Below are positions 61,812 to 64,000 of a stretch of 64,000 bases of DNA, in pieces; within the stretch, counting starts at the first letter, position 1; each line of letters starts with the position of its first letter. The notes below the pieces were generated by a model that saw only the letters and a list, made by a program, of their open reading frames with translations, was not told the DNA's origin and did not search any database. Origin of the DNA: an uncultured delta proteobacterium (GTDB lineage Bacteria > Desulfobacterota > Syntrophia > Syntrophales > Smithellaceae); the NCBI GenBank assembly GCA_903907985.1, contig CAIVQG010000055.1, positions 2,725-66,724 on the forward strand. The letters are read 5' to 3'. Both the position numbers and the translations under genes were made by a program.

Positions 61812-62642
61812 TTATCCTTTATTTTTTTTCTTCACCAATTCATCAATTTGTTTTAATGTTGTGAGCAATTCTTCCAGAGATTCGAGATAAAGCGAGTTAG
61901 GCCCGTCGCACAAAGCCATTTCCGGATTACGGTGCACTTCGAGAAATATTCCGTCCACACCGGCTGCCACGGCTGCCCGGGCGAGATATTCCACCATTGT
62001 CCGCTCGCCGCCGGAGGCAGTACCGGCACCACCAGGTAGCTGCACGGCGTGCGTGGCGTCAAATATTACCGGATATCCCATATCCCTAATAATGGGTAGC
62101 GCACGGACATCAAAAACAAGATTATTATAACCAAAGGACGTCCCTCTTTCCGTTATCATAATGTTATCATTACCCGCTGACTGCGCTTTGGTAATGATAT
62201 TAGCAACGTCTCCCGGCGCGAGAAATTGTCCTTTTTTTACATTGATTACCCTGGCTTTTTTCGCCATCTCCACAATAAAATCCGTCTGCCGGCAAAGAAA
62301 AGCCGGGACTTGCATTATATCCAGGACCTGTGCCGCCTGATCTATTTCCTCAAAGCGATGGACATCGGAGAGGAGGGGAACTCCCAGTTGCTCTTTTATT
62401 CTGCGGAGAATAGCTAATCCCTCTTTTGCCCCCGGACCCCGGTAAGAATTGATCGATGTGCGATTAGCTTTATCGTAGGAGGCCTTAAAGATGAAGGGAA
62501 TTTTCAGCCTGGCGGTTAGCTTTTTCAGATACTCGGCGATATCCATAGCTGTTTCTTCATTTTCCAGTACGCAAGGACCGGCAATGAGAACAAACCCCTT
62601 TTGATCACCTATTGTAAAATTACCCATATCAATCTGCTTCAT
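61812..62642 (-). CDS. kdsA: 3-deoxy-8-phosphooctulonate (KDO8P) synthase
   Basis: Motifs IAGPCVLE, FKASYDKANRTS, VPAFLCRQTD and DATHAVQLPGG are present. Confidence 0.95.
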   Translation of the reverse strand: MKQIDMGNFTIGDQKGFVLIAGPCVLENEETAMDIAEYLKKLTARLKIPFIFKASYDKANRTSINSYRGPGAKEGLAILRRIKEQLGVPLLSDVHRFEEIDQAAQVLDIMQVPAFLCRQTDFIVEMAKKARVINVKKGQFLAPGDVANIITKAQSAGNDNIMITERGTSFGYNNLVFDVRALPIIRDMGYPVIFDATHAVQLPGGAGTASGGERTMVEYLARAAVAAGVDGIFLEVHRNPEMALCDGPNSLYLESLEELLTTLKQIDELVKKKNKG

Positions 62643-62649
62643 ACTTTTC

Positions 62650-64000
62650 TTACTCCTGGTTTGTTTTCTGCATTTTTTTCTGCAACAGTAATATTTTCAG
62701 CTTTGGTATTTTTTTCTCCGCTCGTGTTGACTCGGGATTCAACTCATAGGCATTGGTATAAGCCTTCAGCGCATCCTGATAGAGCCCTTTCTTTTCATAA
62801 GCCTCTCCCAAGTTAGCATAAAGCTCATCATCTTCCCGATCATGCTTCAAAGCAAGAATATAATTTTCAATTGCCCTATCCGCATCACCACGCACTGCAT
62901 AGGCATATCCTAAACTGGCATATGATGCAGCTTTCTTGGGCTCTAATACGGCTATTTTTTTGTAGTACTTTATGGCCTGATCAATTTTTTTGTCTTTCAA
63001 ATAGTAATGGGCGAGAATACTCAACACTTCTTTCGTGGGAGGCGACATTTTTTCATACTCAGCTATTGCCTCTTTTTCCCGTCCCAGTTTCCCCAGGGCA
63101 TAAGCAAGATTATAATGCAAGTTCGGGCTTTTTGAACCGAGTTTAATTGCTTTTTTATAGTTTTCCACCGATCCGGCGAAATTCTTTAATTCGCCATAGG
63201 CATAACCAAGGTTAGAAAAGATTGCTGATCTTCGGGGATGCATCCTGGACAGCTGCTCATAACACTTAACAGCCTGAGCATAGTTATTGTTTTTGAAAAA
63301 CAAATCCGCCAACCGCTCTGTTGCATCGGAATCATCCGGTTTAATTTTTAAGACATGCTCATATTCCTTGACGGCATCGGAATCAAGCTTCCGTTTTTCA
63401 TAAGCAACACCAAGATTAAAACGGATTACCGGCTCGGAAGGCGCAAGCGCTACCGCTTTTTTTAAATGATCCAGTTCTTCCTGCTGCTTTCCTTTTCCGG
63501 CATAAGCGGCAGCTAAATTGGCATAGGCAACGGCAAAACGCGGCTGATATTTAATCACTTCCTTGTAATAAATAATGGCCTCATCGTATCTTCTTATTTT
63601 TAAATAAGTATCGCCCAGGGCCAGCTTGGCCATATTCTTATCCGGCGCATGGGCGACAATATATTCATATTGTTCAATGGCCAGGTTCATCTTTTTCACT
63701 TGAACATAAGCATCTCCCAGCTTGAATCGAACGGCGTAATTTTCCGGATCATTTTTAACAGCAGCATTATAGTTTTCGATGGCCTGATCCCAAAGACCTT
63801 TTGCTTCAAGAGAAAAAGCAAGGCTGGCATAAGCTTCTGCATCCTGCGGGCTTATTTTAATGAGTTTTTTAGCTGTCGAGATGGCATGGTCATAATCTTT
63901 TTTCAGAATATGGCATCTGGTCAATTCCCGCAAAGCCACCTTATCATCCGGGGCTATATCCATTATATCCTGATATTGGACTATAGCATCATCGATCCTT
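62650..64000 (-). CDS. tetratricopeptide-repeat protein (5' end runs off the window)
   Basis: It contains at least 11 consecutive 34-aa TPR units (A..Y..A....P......LG.AY). The frame stays open upstream of the Met at 63963 to the window edge. Confidence 0.8.
   Translation of the reverse strand, partial: RIDDAIVQYQDIMDIAPDDKVALRELTRCHILKKDYDHAISTAKKLIKISPQDAEAYASLAFSLEAKGLWDQAIENYNAAVKNDPENYAVRFKLGDAYVQVKKMNLAIEQYEYIVAHAPDKNMAKLALGDTYLKIRRYDEAIIYYKEVIKYQPRFAVAYANLAAAYAGKGKQQEELDHLKKAVALAPSEPVIRFNLGVAYEKRKLDSDAVKEYEHVLKIKPDDSDATERLADLFFKNNNYAQAVKCYEQLSRMHPRRSAIFSNLGYAYGELKNFAGSVENYKKAIKLGSKSPNLHYNLAYALGKLGREKEAIAEYEKMSPPTKEVLSILAHYYLKDKKIDQAIKYYKKIAVLEPKKAASYASLGYAYAVRGDADRAIENYILALKHDREDDELYANLGEAYEKKGLYQDALKAYTNAYELNPESTRAEKKIPKLKILLLQKKMQKTNQE

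Overview
This 64-kb chromosomal window probably comes from an anaerobic Gram-negative bacterium of deltaproteobacterial/Desulfobacterota type. That placement is an inference from gene content: HdrD-like Fe-S genes, hprK inside the rpoN locus, and REP-like hairpin families. All protein calls rest on motifs I recognise by eye in the supplied ORF translations; no searches were run. Most of the window is tightly packed housekeeping DNA at about 40% GC (hand counts of a few lines): rdgB-rph, an amidase, rel, proS, ispG, a PurF-like gene, aspartate aminotransferase, coaD-rsmD, pssA-psd, pcnB, an EF-G2-like paralogue, ligA, acyP, an SPFH/NfeD pair, UDG, coaBC, and the LPS/sigma-54 locus kdsA-kdsC ... 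lptC-lptA-lptB-rpoN-hpf-ptsN-hprK-rapZ. One tRNA-Pro(TGG) is present. I saw no rRNA, CRISPR array or intact mobile element. Observations worth a second look, in window order: (1) a Cache-HAMP-PAS sensor that ends in a Cys4 tail instead of a kinase or cyclase output. (2) A decayed tyrosine-integrase remnant next to tRNA-Pro. (3) A possible structured 5' leader upstream of the amidase gene. (4) A two-copy palindromic element of about 125 bp that begins exactly at the stop codons of ispG and rapZ. (5) A PurF-like protein lacking the N-terminal catalytic Cys. (6) GC-rich blocks, including pcnB. (7) A 1-nt homopolymer frameshift that removes the conserved zinc-knuckle end of a Mut7-C/DUF82 RNase gene. 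(8) A plus-strand insertion of about 12 kb that splits kdsC from lptC; it carries two sensor systems and a GntP-permease / two-dehydrogenase / BKACE catabolic cassette. Coordinates of non-coding features were hand-counted and may be off by a few nt.
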